Assembly: GCF_018977255.1 (NCBI RefSeq)
Contig: NW_024704836.1
Span: 1-64,000 of the forward strand
Length of the DNA stretch: 64,000 nucleotides
Direction: 5' to 3'
Origin: Callorhinchus milii
Lineage: Eukaryota
Below, one piece after another: positions 1 to 13,028 of the stretch (position 1 is the first letter of the stretch; each line of letters begins with the position of its first letter). The position numbers and the translations under genes were made by a program. The notes beneath the pieces are model-generated. The model made no database searches. It saw nothing but the letters and a program-made list of their open reading frames with translations, and was not told where the DNA came from.

Positions 1-769
1 GACGTTCAGAAGATGTGAAAAGCGCTATATCGAATGCAAGGATTATTATTATATTATTATCATTCCCAGATTTTCTGTTTATTTCTGATATCTTAATATG
101 GAAAATATCTTAATATTTGTTGTTTCTCTGTTTCATTCATCTCACAATGTAACCGATGTTATTTTATGACAAACGTTTTCAAATAGCGTGAAGCTGGTCT
201 TGTTGTGGAAAGATTAAAATTGATTCTGCATTACTCCGCAATGTTAAGAGCTCTGAGACACCCCCCTGCGTTGAGGGCGCTATATAACTGCAAGTTGTTA
301 TTGCTGCTGTTGTTGTTGTATCTGAATACAGACTTCCCAGGGCACCACGGCTCAAAGTGCAGTGACAATAAGTGACACACATCATCTGTCAGGGTGTGCT
401 ATCTGCGGAGCCTGTGCTCTGTGGGCAGTGAAGGCTTTGCTGTTGATCTGCAGATGAAAATCGTGTTAGTGGAAGCGTTAGAGAGCGTCACCAGTCACAG
501 TGATCACAGGCAAAGCTTTCTCTCATTGGCTGCAGCAAACGGCAGTGACATTTGAGAAGACAAATCCCATTTAAACAATCTGGAGCATCAATTGGCAATT
601 ATTCCATTGATTAATACATATTTATTCAACACGTGACATCTTCAGTTTAACCTTAATTGTCCACAGGAACTTTGTACATTTTAAAACGAAATGTTCTCTC
701 AGATTAAACGTATCTGATCTCATAGATTGTTACGCATCAGATCGATTGTCTCCTTGTAATTGTCCACTT

Positions 770-3700
770 GTTTAGTTTAAAGGAAAGATGGGCCATTGGA
801 CAGACAGATGGATAGACTCGATTCTACATCACTCCTCCACTGCTAACCCTCTGAGTCACTACCCTGCATGTAGGGCGCTATATAAGTGCAAGTTGTTGTT
901 GTTGTATTCTGAATACAGACTTCCTGGTTCACAATGGCTCAAAGTTCGGATGGACAGACTGGATGGCTGGACAGGTTGGGTTGAAGAGGAAATGGGCAAA
1001 CGGTTGGGTTCAGTTGTTTGTATGTTGTTATGGATCGATGGATCAGTGTCTGGGTGGACTGACAGATGAATGGATGGACCATTGATGTATATATTCCCTT
1101 CAAAAGTTATGAAATCCAAAGGCATTTGAAGCCGCTGCTCAAGAAACTCACAATTCACAATTGTGCCCAAAAATTAAAAGCACTGAAAGCGTTCAAGGTT
1201 CAACATTGGTCCTGCAGCGCCACTCAGCGCTTACATTAGAAAATGCACTCACATTTGGTTGAAAGACAGCGATTTCTTTAACTTGAATTAAATACTAATG
1301 ATAATGGAATTGTTTTATGTTCTATCAAAATTACAGATATTGTAGAAACATAAAATCATAGATTATTACAGCACACAAGCAGACCATTTGGCCCATCATG
1401 TCTGTATGGGCTCAATGGAAGATCGATCCAATCAGTCCCACTCCCCCACTCACTCCCCAATGTGAATTTTCCTTTTTGAAGTTTCTATCCAATTCGCTTA
1501 AGAAAGTGCTTATTGAATCTGTTTCCACCACACTTTCAGGCTGTGCATTCCAGACAATAAGAACTCTCAATGCAATGAATTCCCATCTCCCCTCTGGTTG
1601 TTTTTCCAATTATCCTGAATGTATATCCTCTGGTTACCCATCCACCTGCCACAGGAAATAGTTTCTCCCTCTGTCATTTAGCAAAACCTCTCAGAATTTT
1701 GAATCATAGAATCATAGAATGTTACGGCACAGAAGGAGGCCATTCGGCCCATCGAGTCTGTGCGGCTCTTTGACAGAGCCACTGACTTTTATTAACCCCA
1801 CTCACCAGCTTTCTCCCCATAACCCTGCAAACCCGTCTTCCCAGATACCTATCCAGTTCTCTCTTAAAAGCTGTAATCGAATCGGACTTCACTGCCCTTT
1901 CGGGCAGATCATTCCAAATTCTAACAACTCGCTGAGTGAAAACATTTCTTCTAACCTCCTCTCTGCTTCTTTTGGAAGATATCTTAAGACTGTGACCACG
2001 AGTCACAGACACACCTACCAGCGGAAACAGCTTTTCCCTATCTCGCCTGTCGAAACCTTTCATGATCTTGAAGACCTCTATCAGGTCCCCGCGTAACCTT
2101 CTCTGCTCTCATGGGAAAAGTCCTAAGTTTTCCAGCCTGTCCTCATAGCTAAGCTTCCCCATTCCTGGTATCATTCTCGTGAATCTCCTCTGCACCCTTT
2201 CCAGTGCCTTAATATCCTTCCTGAGGTAAGGTGCCCAGAACTGGACGCAGTACTCCAGCTGAGGCCTAACCAGTGTTTTGTACAGATTAAGCATAACCTC
2301 CTACTCTTATACTCTATGCCCCTACTAATGAAGCTCAGTACACCAAATGCCCTTTTTACTGCCCTGTCTATCTGCTCTGCCACCTTCAATGAATCGCTTA
2401 CTTGAACGCCCAGATCTCTCTGTACGTTCACCCCCTTTCAGATTGAGCTCCCAAGCCTATATTGCCTCCTATCATTTTTCCTCCCTAAGTGTATCACCTC
2501 GCACTTATCTACATTGAAATCCATCTGCCACATGTCAGCCCATTCCACCATTCTGTGTATGTCTGCCTGCAGTGCGTCACAATCTTCTTCACTATTTACT
2601 ACCCGACCTAACTTGGTGTCATCTGCAAACTTGGAAATAGTGCTCTCTATGCCCAAGTCCAGATCATTAATATGTATTAGAAAGAGCAGTGGTCCCAATA
2701 CCGATCCCTGGGGTCACCTCCTTCAATTGCGAGGAACACCCATTAACCACCACCCTCTGCAGTCTGTCACTCAGACAGTTCCTAATCCAAATGGCTACTG
2801 TCCCCTTAATACCGTGAGCCTCCAGTTTTTTTATAAACCTCTTATGCGGTACTGTGTCAAAAGCCTTTTTTAAATCCATGTAAATAATGTCCACCGCATT
2901 TCCCTCATCAACCCTCGCAGTCACCTCTTCAAAAAATTCTATTAGATTTGTTAGGCAAGATTTGCCTTTAACAAATCCATGTTGGGGGTCTATAATTACC
3001 TCGTGTTCCTCTAAGTAGAGATTTATTTTGTCCCGGATTACGGTCTCCAGTAGCTTTCCCATTACCGAAGTTAGGCTGACTGGCCTGTAATTTCCGGGCT
3101 TGTCTTTCTGGCCATTTTTGTAGAGTAGGGTAACATTAGCCACTCTCCAGTCTCTTGGCACCACTGCTGTATCCAATGATGATTGAAATATAATGGCCAA
3201 AGCCTCCGCCATTTGAACCCGTATCTCCCACAGCAACCGTGGGTGAAACCCATCTGGTCCTGGTGACTCATCAAATTTGTTGTTTAGTTGAAAGGAAAGA
3301 TGGGCCATTGGACAGACAGATGGATAGACTTGATTCTTCATCACTCTGCCACTGTTAACCCCTCTGAGACACTACCCTGCGTGTAGGACGCTATATAAGT
3401 GCAAGTTGCTGTTGTTGTATTCTGTATACAGACTTCCTGGGTCACAATGCCTCAGAATTCGGATGTACAGACTGGATGGCTGGACAGGTTGGGTCGAAGA
3501 GGAAATGGGCAAACGGTTGGGTTCAGTTGTTTGTATGTTGTTATGAATCGATGGATCAGTGTCTGGGTGGACTGACAGATGAATGGATGGATGGCTGGAC
3601 GGACTGACCATTGATGTATAGGTGTTTGGGTTGTTTGGTTGATACACAGATCTATCGAGCAGCAGATGAACTTGAAATATCCAAATGCATAAATAACTTT

Positions 3701-4130
3701 CATTGTTGGATTGCAGCCCTCGCTTGTCAATCGTCATCTGGTCGGTGCCCAGAAGCAGCAACATCTTCTCATTAATATTCTCTTCAAAATTTATGAAATC
3801 CAAAGGCATTTGAAGCCGCTGCTCAAGAAACTCACAATTCACAATTGTGCCCAAAAATTAAAAGCACTGAAAGCGTTCAAGGTTCAACATTGGTCCTGCA
3901 GCGCCACTCAGCGCTTACATTAGAAAATGCACTCACATTTGGTTGAAAGATGACGATTTCTTTAACTTGAATTAAATACTAATGATAATGGAATTGTTTT
4001 ATGTTCTATCAAAATTACAGATATTGTAGAAACATAAAATCATAGATTATTGCAGCACACAAGCAGACCATTTGGCCCATCATGTCTGTACGCTCAATGG
4101 AAGAGCGATCCAATCAGTCCCACTACCCCA
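770..4130. repeat. Local duplication: about 770-1450 is repeated at about 3280-4130, separated by a CR1 fragment
   Basis: Near-identical text starting AAAGGAAAGATGGGCCATTGGACAGACAGATGG in both copies; the second has a ~200 bp extra segment. Confidence 0.85.
1703..3273 (-). mobile_element. 5'-truncated CR1-type LINE (RT fragments)
   Basis: Broken minus-strand ORFs with SPGPDG, NYRPVSLTS, KFADDTKL and RPQLEYC motifs; (ATTCTATG)n-type 3' end near 1705. Confidence 0.9.
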
Positions 4131-5283
4131 CTCACTCAGCACATAAGTAAAGTCCCTCATCCATGGTACCATTCCAGTAACTCTCCTCTGTCCCCTTTCC
4201 AAGGCCTTGACATCTTTCCAAAGTGTGTGGCCCAGAATTGGACACAATACTGCAGCTGAAGCCTAAACAGTGACATAAACCTTTACCAGAACTTCCTTGC
4301 CTTTGACCTCAATGCCTCTATTGATCAAGCCAAGTATCCCATATGCTTTTTTTTAGCAGCTATAGCAACCTGTCCTGCCACCTTCACTGTGTCGCCCACA
4401 TTTGGTGCACTCTGGGAACACACAGGGCAAAGGAACTCCAGAATATGAATTGGTTTACTGTTGGGATCAACAGGGAAATTGTACAGCTGCCATTGAAACA
4501 CTGTTGGTCAAGCCTCCCAATGCTTGGCCAACTTCTCGCATCATGTACTGCTTAGACCATCCTGAGCACATATGGGCTTCGGTTTCCATGATTAACAGAA
4601 GCTGATTGGGAATAATCGTTGCTCCCAAAGGATAGAACTCGACTGTCCAGAGCCTTGGGATGGCCTCCCGACTTGAAATACAATCCGCTGTTGTTGCGAG
4701 AAGCGAGACAGTAGGTCCTTGAATCTCCGATTCTTTGTCCGTCTACTATTATTATTAACAATAATATTTCCTGCATTTGATAACAGTTCCTGATCACATC
4801 ATTGAGACACTGAAAACGCTTCACAGAATACAACGTAAACTCTAAACTGACTATATTTCCTGACGCAACGCGGCAGCCAATTGTGTACAGCAGTGACCGC
4901 AAACTGTCGTGGATTGAGGGGGAGAGAGAGGAAGGGGGAGGGAGACAGAGGGACGGAATAAGAGAGAGAGAAAGGCAGAGGGGTGATGGAGGGAGAGAGG
5001 AAAGGCAGAGGGAATGAGAGAAAGAGCGTCGTGAGAGAGAGAGGGGAAGCGAGAGAGAGAGAGAGAGAAGGGGTGAGGGAGAGGGAGAGAGAGGGGATGG
5101 AGAGATAGAGAAAGAGTGTGAGAGAAGGTGAGGGGGAGAGAGAGAGGGAGAAATGTGGCGGTTGGTGGAGGGAGGAGTGAGTGAGTGTGGGAGAGGCTGA
5201 GGGGAAGGGGGGAGAGTGAGAGGAGAGAGAGAGGGGGCGGTGCGGCTCAGTGACGGTCAATGCCATAATAATATACAATAACA

Positions 5284-5720
5284 CACAGTGTGTAGAATAG
5301 CGCCGATCACAGTAACTCATCACCAGTTATGGGGTCGGAGTGAAGGCGGACGTCGTCCCGTCGACACAATGGGCGGGAAAGTGCTGCGCGCGCGGAGCGG
5401 AGACCAACGGTCACCTCCCGAGACAGGAGCAGCGCGAGGGGCGGCGAGAGGTGCGCGTGCGCGAGGGTAGGGGAGCGGGTCAAACCAACCAATGGCGAGG
5501 CGGGGGTGGGGCGGGAGGCGCGCGGGGAAAGTGACGGTTGGAGAAAGGGGGAAGTGCGCAGGCGCGCGAGCGGGAGCTCGAGCCGGACCAGGGGTGAGGA
5601 GCCAATGCGCATGCGTGGCGGCAGCCGGACACCCAGAGGCTATAAAAGCGGGAGACGCGCAGCCTCAGTCAGTGATGGTCAGCGCGAGAGGAGCGGTCAG
5701 TGATGGTCAGTGACACTGTA
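5284..5720 (+). promoter_or_regulatory. CpG-island Pol II promoter of an unidentified plus-strand transcript
   Basis: CpG-dense; GGCGGGAAA (E2F-type) 5372, CCAAT 5489 and 5602, TGCGCATGCG (NRF1-type) 5606, TATAAAAG 5641, TCAGT initiator 5665. Confidence 0.75.
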
Positions 5721-6254
5721 CCGCCACACACACTGAATAGCAATAGTGAGGCTGTCATTTACACACTCACACACAGTAATAGTGAGGGGCACTGCCACGT
5801 ACACACGACACAGAATAATAATAATTATTTACCGACAACAATTATAATAATTAATAACAACAATAATAAATCAGTAATTTACCGTCTGTTTGTATAAAAT
5901 GCATCAAAGTATTGGTACTAAATGGATGTTTGATGCGCGCGGGCATCGTGCAGTGATAATTATTGATAACCCACGCGGCTGGCGCACGATGCCTCATCGC
6001 CTCCTTGAGAGGAGGCTTTGCAGGGGCTTTGCTGCAAAGTGTAGTGACTGGTTCGAGCGCTGCCCTCTACGAACCGCCAAGGACCACGTCTCTGCCAATG
6101 GCTTTTTCTTCGCCGGTCCACCCAGTGCACCTGCGGGCTACCCCAGGGATCCATCCTTGCCCCCACCCCCACCTCTCCCCTCCTCCTCTTCCTCGTCTAT
6201 GTGCTCCCTCTCGGAGATGTCATCCGCCGCCACGGGGTTAACTTCCACGTGTAT

Positions 6255-6895
6255 AATAATAGTAATAATAATCCTTGCCTTTGGTATCGCGCTTTTCATG
6301 TCTTCTCGACGTCTCAAAGCGCTTCACAGAATATACTGTAAAGTCAATTGACTGTACGTTTGTGAGCGAAACGCGGCGGCCAATTGCCACCACAAACAGT
6401 CGTGGATTGAAACGACCAATTTTTTTGTTATTAGGCGTGTGGAGTAAGAAAACTCGCCCAGGGTTTCAAGGGTTTTTTGAAGGCAATATTACTCCCAGAA
6501 AAGCCGATCTACTAACAAACCGGCCTCCAACTTACTGCTCGGTAAGTAAACCTAGGCGTGTGGAGTAAGAAAAAACACTTGCCCAATGTTCTATCCTACC
6601 GATAATAGTAATAGTAATAATACTTGTAGACGTCTCAAAGCGCTTCACAGAATATAAGGTCAAGTGAATTCACTGTATATTTGTGGGCGAAACGCGGGAG
6701 CCATTTGCGCACAGCATTGTCCCACAAACAGTCGTGGATTGAGTAAATTACTACTTATTTAATTTTCTTGAAGGATTATTATTAGACGTGTGGAGTAAGG
6801 AAACTTGCCCAAGGTTTCGCCCTGACTGGGAATCAAACCCAGGTCTCTCGCTTGCGAGACGACTGCTCTAAACACTGAGCTCCAGGACTCCATGT
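6255..6895 (-). mobile_element. tRNA-derived SINE copies with L2-like tail
   Basis: tRNA-like head with A/B boxes at about 6815-6890; tail AGCGC(T/G)AT..ATGCAAGGATTATT shared with many copies in the window. Confidence 0.75.
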
Positions 6896-6939
6896 TTTCA
6901 AAACGTGTTTGATAAAGTACCTCATAAGAGACTTGTACG

Positions 6940-8510
6940 TAAAATAGAAGCCCACTTTATTAAAGGGAATTATGGAAACAGAATGAGCTGGTAGACAAAA
7001 AGCAAAGAGCGGTGGTGAACGGTTATTTTTGTGACTGGGGGGAAATGTACAGTGAAGTCCCCCAGGCGGTCAGTATTTGGACCATTGCTGTTTTTGGTCT
7101 ATATCGACGACCTGGACCTGGCTGCAGGGAGTACAATTTCCAAGTTTTTAGATGATACTAAGCTAAGAAAAGTAGTGAACAGTGAAGGTAGTAGCAGACT
7201 CTCAATGGACATGGACAGAATCGTTGCAGCTGAAGTTTAATGTGAATAAATGCAAAGTGATGTATTTTGGGAGGACGAATGAGAAGAGGCAATATAAACC
7301 GTTGGTGCAATCTTAAAGGGGGCAAATGAATAGAGAGAACTGGGGGTCCACGTAAGCAAATAAGCTGATGGTAGAACCTTAAAGGGGTGAAGGAACAGAG
7401 AGTCCTTAGGGGCTCATATCAATAAATCTTTGAAGGTGGCAGGACAGTTAGATAAAGTTATTAAACAAAATGTACGGGGTGCTAGGTTTTATATATAGGG
7501 GCACAGAATGTGAAAGTCAGGAAGTGATCACAACTGGCACCGCCTTCCATCACCACCGGAACGTCGCCAGAATACGGCACAACCTCACCCCTCACGCGGC
7601 TGAAACTCTGGTCCACGCCTTTATCACCTCAAGGCTGGACTATGGGAACTCTCTCCTCGCCGGCCTTCCCGGACCTCCCTCCACAAGCTGTACGTCATTC
7701 AGAACTCTGCAGCTCATGTACTGTCCCGCACCAGGCTTCGGGACCACATCACTCCCACCCTCGCTCGCCTCCAATGGCTCCCCATCCCCCAGAGGATCGA
7801 ATTCAAGATCCTCATCCTCACCTACAAGGCCATTTACGGCCTTGCTCCCTCCTACCTCTCCGACCTACTATCCCCCTACCTACCTGCCCGTACCCTCCGT
7901 TCCTCTGGCTCCGGTCTGCTCCGCGTCCCCCGCCCCAACCGCCCTACCATCGGTGGCCGGGCCTTCAGCCTCTCAGCCCCGAGGCTCTGGAACTCTATCC
8001 CCCAGTGCCTTCGCCGCCTCCTCCCTTTCCTCCTTCAAGGCCGGTCTCAAGACCTTTCTCTTCGACCATACCTTCAGCTCCCCTCTCGACTCTCTACCCC
8101 CTCCTCGCTCCCTCCCTTCCCTCCCCTCACCCTGACCATTTCCCCCCTGCTCGGGTCCCGACCCAACTGTCCAGCGCCTTGGGACGTCCCCCCAACGTGA
8201 AAGGCGCTCTATAAATGAAATCTTGTTGTTGTTGTTGATGATCATGAACCTTTATAAAACACTGATTAGGCCTCAGCTAGAGACTGTGTTCAGTTCTAGG
8301 CACCGCACTTTAGGAAAGATGTAAAGGCATTGGAGAGGGCACGAACAAAATTTACCAGAATGGTACCACAAATGAGGGACTTCAATTATCAGGACTGTTT
8401 GCAGGGCTATGGGGAGAGCGCGGGTGAGTGGAATTGAATTACATAGCTCTTTTCAAAGAACCGGCACAGACATGATGGGCCGAATGGCCTCCTTCTGTGC
8501 TGTGTAATCC
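6940..8510 (+). mobile_element. Nested CR1 and L2 LINE fragments
   Basis: CR1 RT pieces (KFLDDTKL) at 6940-7520 and 8240-8510; L2 3' end (HAFITSRLDYGNSLL; tail GCGCTCTATAAATGAAATCTTGTTGTTG) at 7525-8235. Confidence 0.85.
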
Positions 8511-8792
8511 TCTGAACACCAATTAGGAGACGTGACATGCCTACTATCAGTGTTGGTCAATTAACTGAACAAATACGGCTCCATCAGGTACCGCGAAAGG
8601 GGAAATGTTGTGACAGAGGCCACTTAGCAATAAGCTGCATGGAGCGTTATAGATCGGGGAAACAAAATGGAAACTTGGGCAGCAGCGTGAAAAGAATGGC
8701 TGTGGGTTTCCCAGAAAGATCGGGTAATATCGATTTCACTGTATCTATTACAAAAGCAGAGGGGAGGGAATGGTTGGGGTGGGGTGAGGGTA

Positions 8793-11700
8793 CTATTCCC
8801 AGGCGGACTGGTGGAGCTGTCTTGCTGCCTGCACCAAGCGATCCCGGTATTCCAGTGACTTGTGGTTTATTTCGGGGACCGAGGACAGTCCATACATCGC
8901 CCCCCAACAGCAGCCGGCGATAACAGCTGTGGAGTCACTGTCACCTGGAAAGAGAAACATGGAGTCTGAGAGAGAGAGAGAGAGAGACGAGGAGAGAGAG
9001 AGAGAGACGGTGAGAGACATACCAAGATGGAGAGACACGGAGAGACTGGGCAGAGAGAAAAAGAGACTGAGAGAGAAACTGAGAGAGACAGAGAGCGAGA
9101 GAGACAGACAGACAATGCGGGTTTGAGCAGTGTGAACGCGTGCAGTGTGACTGTGAGCAGGTGTGAGCGGTGAGTGTGACCGGTGAGTGGGTATGAGCAG
9201 TGTGAGTGGGGTATGAGCAGTGTGAGTGGGTGTGAGCAGTATGAGTGGGTGTGAGTATGAGTGGGCGGGGGTGAGCAGTGTGAGTGGTGACCGAGTGTGA
9301 GCCCACGTGAGCACTGACCTCCGTGGAAGGCCGCTCGCGAGCACAGCTCCTCCCAGGATGCGCCCGCCCCCAGCAGTGCGTCGTACGCTATCATGGGAGC
9401 ATCGTGGCCACTTCGTCCCGCCCACCCGTCCAGCGAGAATGTCCTGTACTCCACGTCCCGCTCGGGGGGGCCGAACACCGGGGGGAACCGCGGCCCCCCA
9501 GATCCCGCCTCCAGCCCCCGCTGCTTCAAATACCTGCAAGAAATAGTCACTCAGTCACTGCACCTCACTCCCACAACACCCATCAACACACGACTCCCCG
9601 TGTGTCAGTCACGGTGACGGGTTTCCGTGTGTGTGTGTGTGTGTGTGTCAGACACCCGGCTGGTCACGGTGACGGGTTTCCGTGTGTGTGTCAGACACCC
9701 GGCTGGTGACGGGTTTCCATGTGTGTGTGTCAGACACCCGGCTGGTCACGGTCACGGGTTTCCGTGTGTGTGTGTGACAGACACCCGGCTGGTCACGGTG
9801 ACAGGTTTCCATGTGTGACAGACACCCGGCTGGTCTCGGTGACAGGTTTCCGTGCGTGTCAGACACCCGGCTGGTCTCGGTGATGGGTTTCCGTGCGTGT
9901 CAGACACCCGGCTGGTCAGGGTGATGGGTTTCCACGTGGGTCAAACATCCTGGAGGGAGGGGGAGAGAAGGGTGTTCCTCTCTCTCTCACAGCGTCCTGG
10001 GCGACAGATAAAACTGCGCGCTCGCTTCACGGCAGTTTGCGGGGACATCGCTGTGAGCAGGACGGGATGGGGGTGGGGGGGGCGGTAGGCTGCCATGTTA
10101 GCTTCCAAAACATGCGGATTATATCTATCTTTACCATTCCCACTTTTCTGGGAAGTAATTCCAGGCGGCAAGGTTTTCCGGGACATCTCTCCTGGAGCTG
10201 GTGACGTAGTCCAGAGCGAGGGGGAGCGTTTGGAGCAAGCTGATACCCCACTCCCACAACGGACGCCCCTGTACAGCGTAGGAGGTGAAGAGAGCAGAGG
10301 CCAAAGCCCCCAGGTAACCTGACAACAACAAATTACATAATAACAACAATTGGGTGGGGGTAGTTAGGGAGTTAGTTGGGGGTGATAGTTGGAGTGCAGT
10401 TGGGGGATTAGTTTTGGGGTTGTTGGAGGGATAGTTAGGGGTGTAGTTGGGTGGGGGTAGTTGGGGGGGTAGTTGGGTGGGGGTAGATGGGGGTTAGTTG
10501 GGTGGGGTATTTGGGGGCTATTTGGGTGGGTGGTTGGGGGGTAGTTGGGGTGGGTGGTTGGGGGGTGGTTGGGGGGTAGTTGGGGTGGGTGGTTGGGGGT
10601 AGTTGGTGTTATAGGGGTAATTTGGGGTAGTAGTGAGGGGGTAGTTGCGGTGTAGTTGTGTAGGGGTAGTTGGGTGGGGTATTTGGGGGGCTATTTGGGT
10701 GGGTAGTTGGGGTGGGTGGTTGGGGGTAGTTGGGAGGGGTAATTGGGGGGAGTAGTGGGGGAAGTTTAGTTGGGGGGTAGTTGTGTAGGGATAGTTGGGT
10801 GGGGATGCACTGACCTGTTGGGTGGTTGTGTGTCATTCGGCCGGAATCTATACTGACCCTCACCAGGTGTGGGAGTTGCTCCGGGCGTGGATACCTGACA
10901 CACACACAGAGAGTGAGTCAGTCACTCTCTCTCTCTGTACGCATATAGTCTCTCTCTCTCTCTCGATCTCTATCTTTCCCAGCTCTCTCTCTCTCTCTCT
11001 CTCTCGCAGTCTCTCTCACGCCTCTCTGACCTCAGACCGATACACATCGATCTCATTGCTGCACCACATCCAACTCCTTTCGGGTTAAAGGGAATCTGGA
11101 AACCCAACGGCTCTCCGGGTCTCAGCTGTGAAGTTCCTGATTGACAGAAAGCCAGGATCAACAAGGTTAACCGTTATACCTGACCTTTTCACCCATGTTT
11201 CCCAGCATTCACTGTGAGTGTAGTGACTGTCTGTTTAATTCAGCAGATGACTGCGCACAGTGAAGCTCCAGCAAACAGTCATGAAGCGAGTGAGTGGTTT
11301 TATCTGCCAGGATACTGGGAGATAGAGAGAGAGCAAGACACTCTCTTTTCCCTCCCGACAGCACCGCAGGAGATCTTTAATAGATTTGACCTTTAAGGCC
11401 AGCATAGGCCACTCAACCCCAGCCCAATCCAACCAAGCATAGCCCACTGAAACCCAACCCAACCCACTCAACCCCAACCCAACCCCAGTCCACCCAACCC
11501 AGCCCAAACCCAACTAAGCATAGGCCACCCAACCCCAGCCCAAACCCAACTCAGCATAGACCACCCAACCCCAGCCTAACCCAGGCCAATCTAGCCAACT
11601 TCCAACCCAACCCACCCCAAACGCCAACCTAACCCATCCCAGCATAACACAACCAACGCAACCGAAACCTGTCTCAAGAGACACAGAACCCAAACCAAAG

Positions 11701-13028
11701 CCATCAGAGTGAGAGGAGACTTTCACAACCTGGGGCTGCGGTTGTCCTCAGGGCTGGGTCACTTTGGAGCCAACTGAGCTCCACGGAGACCCCGCCACTC
11801 CCCCTCTGCCACCCCCACCCACCCCAAGAGGATATATGTGTCCAGGCTTTATTTACCAAGGATGCTGGTGGGACCTGGCTTCCTGCCCTTCATGTCCTTC
11901 ATGGCTTCAACATATTGAGCAGCAAACTCATGCAGCAGTGCATCTCCATCTTTCCCTGGATGAGAATCATAATTTATCATTAATCTCCGTGTCTCCCAGC
12001 ACTTCACCCCCAAATCCCCCGCACACACCCCCCCTTCCCCAACGCCTCCCAACCACATCAGCCGCTAATCTTCTCCAAACCACACTCTTTTACAGTGATC
12101 AACAAAAAAACTAGAACTCGCATTTATATAGCACCCTACACTCTGGCTCTCACTCTCTCTCAAACACTCCCTCACACTCGCTCTCACAAATGCTATATCT
12201 CACAAACGCTCTCACACAGTCTCTGGCACACATTCTCGTTCACACACACACTCTCACACACACTCTCACACACAAGCTCTCTCTGTAACACATTCGCTTT
12301 CACATACTCACATACTCATACACTCTCTCACACATACTCTCCCACACACTGAATCTCACACACACTCTCACACACACACACTCTCTGACTCTCTCACACA
12401 CACACTCTGTGTCTCTCTCGCACACTCACTCTCTCACAAACTCACACACACTGTATCTCACACACACTCACACACATGCTCTCTATCTCACTCTCACACA
12501 CACTATATCACACACACCCTCTCACACACACACACTCTCACACAAACTCTCTCACTCACACACTGTATCTCACACACACTGTCTCTCACCCTCTGTCTTA
12601 CACACACACTCTGTCTCACTGACACACACACTGTCACACACATTCACACACACTGTCTCACTCTGACACACACACACTTATACACACTGTATCTCACACA
12701 ACACTCTCACCCTCTCTCTGTCTCACTCTCCCACACACACTCTCTCGCTCTCTCTCTCCACCCCCCCCCCACACCCCCACACCCCCACCCCCACTGTGAT
12801 CGTGTACCAGTGTTGAGAGCCTGAGCGCTGGCGAGGTGTAGTACAGTGTCGTCACTGACAGGCCAGTGTGGCAGACAGACGTGAATGTTGCCCAGGCCCC
12901 CCAGCCCCTCCAGCTCGGAATGAATCTGCTCCCCGCTCTCGCAGTATTCCCACTGTTCGTTCCGATAGCCCAACGCATCTCCAACCGCGCTCAGCAGCAT
13001 GGCTGCCTCGTAAACCTCCCTTGAAACA
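8793..13028 (-). CDS. ADPRH: ADP-ribosylarginine hydrolase (ARH1), conserved core, 7 coding exons
   Basis: GT-AG exons with consistent phases: 12808-13028, 11857-11955, 11031-11136, 10815-10894, 10135-10318, 9319-9533, 8793-8944. They encode [44 protein letters not shown] and FHGGDSDST. Catalytic SDDT and DSDS are intact, which favours ARH1 over ADPRHL1. Confidence 0.93.
9600..9945 (+). repeat. Minisatellite, ~35-45 bp unit (GGTCACGGTGACGGGTTTCCGTGTGTGTCAGACACCCGGCT), in an ADPRH intron
   Basis: About 8 tandem units visible directly. Confidence 0.85.
10350..10800 (+). repeat. G-rich minisatellite (GGGGTAGTTGGG-like)
   Basis: Direct reading. Confidence 0.85.
11415..11700 (+). repeat. C-rich minisatellite (CCCAACCCAGC-like)
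   Basis: Direct reading. Confidence 0.8.

Noticed and set aside
4390-4660. Unique fragment with 58-70 codon open frames
   Set aside because: No recognisable domain and no consistent splice sites; bounded by LINE/SINE pieces.
5307-5713. Arg/Gly/Ala-rich ORFs in the CpG island
   Set aside because: Expected by-product of high GC content.
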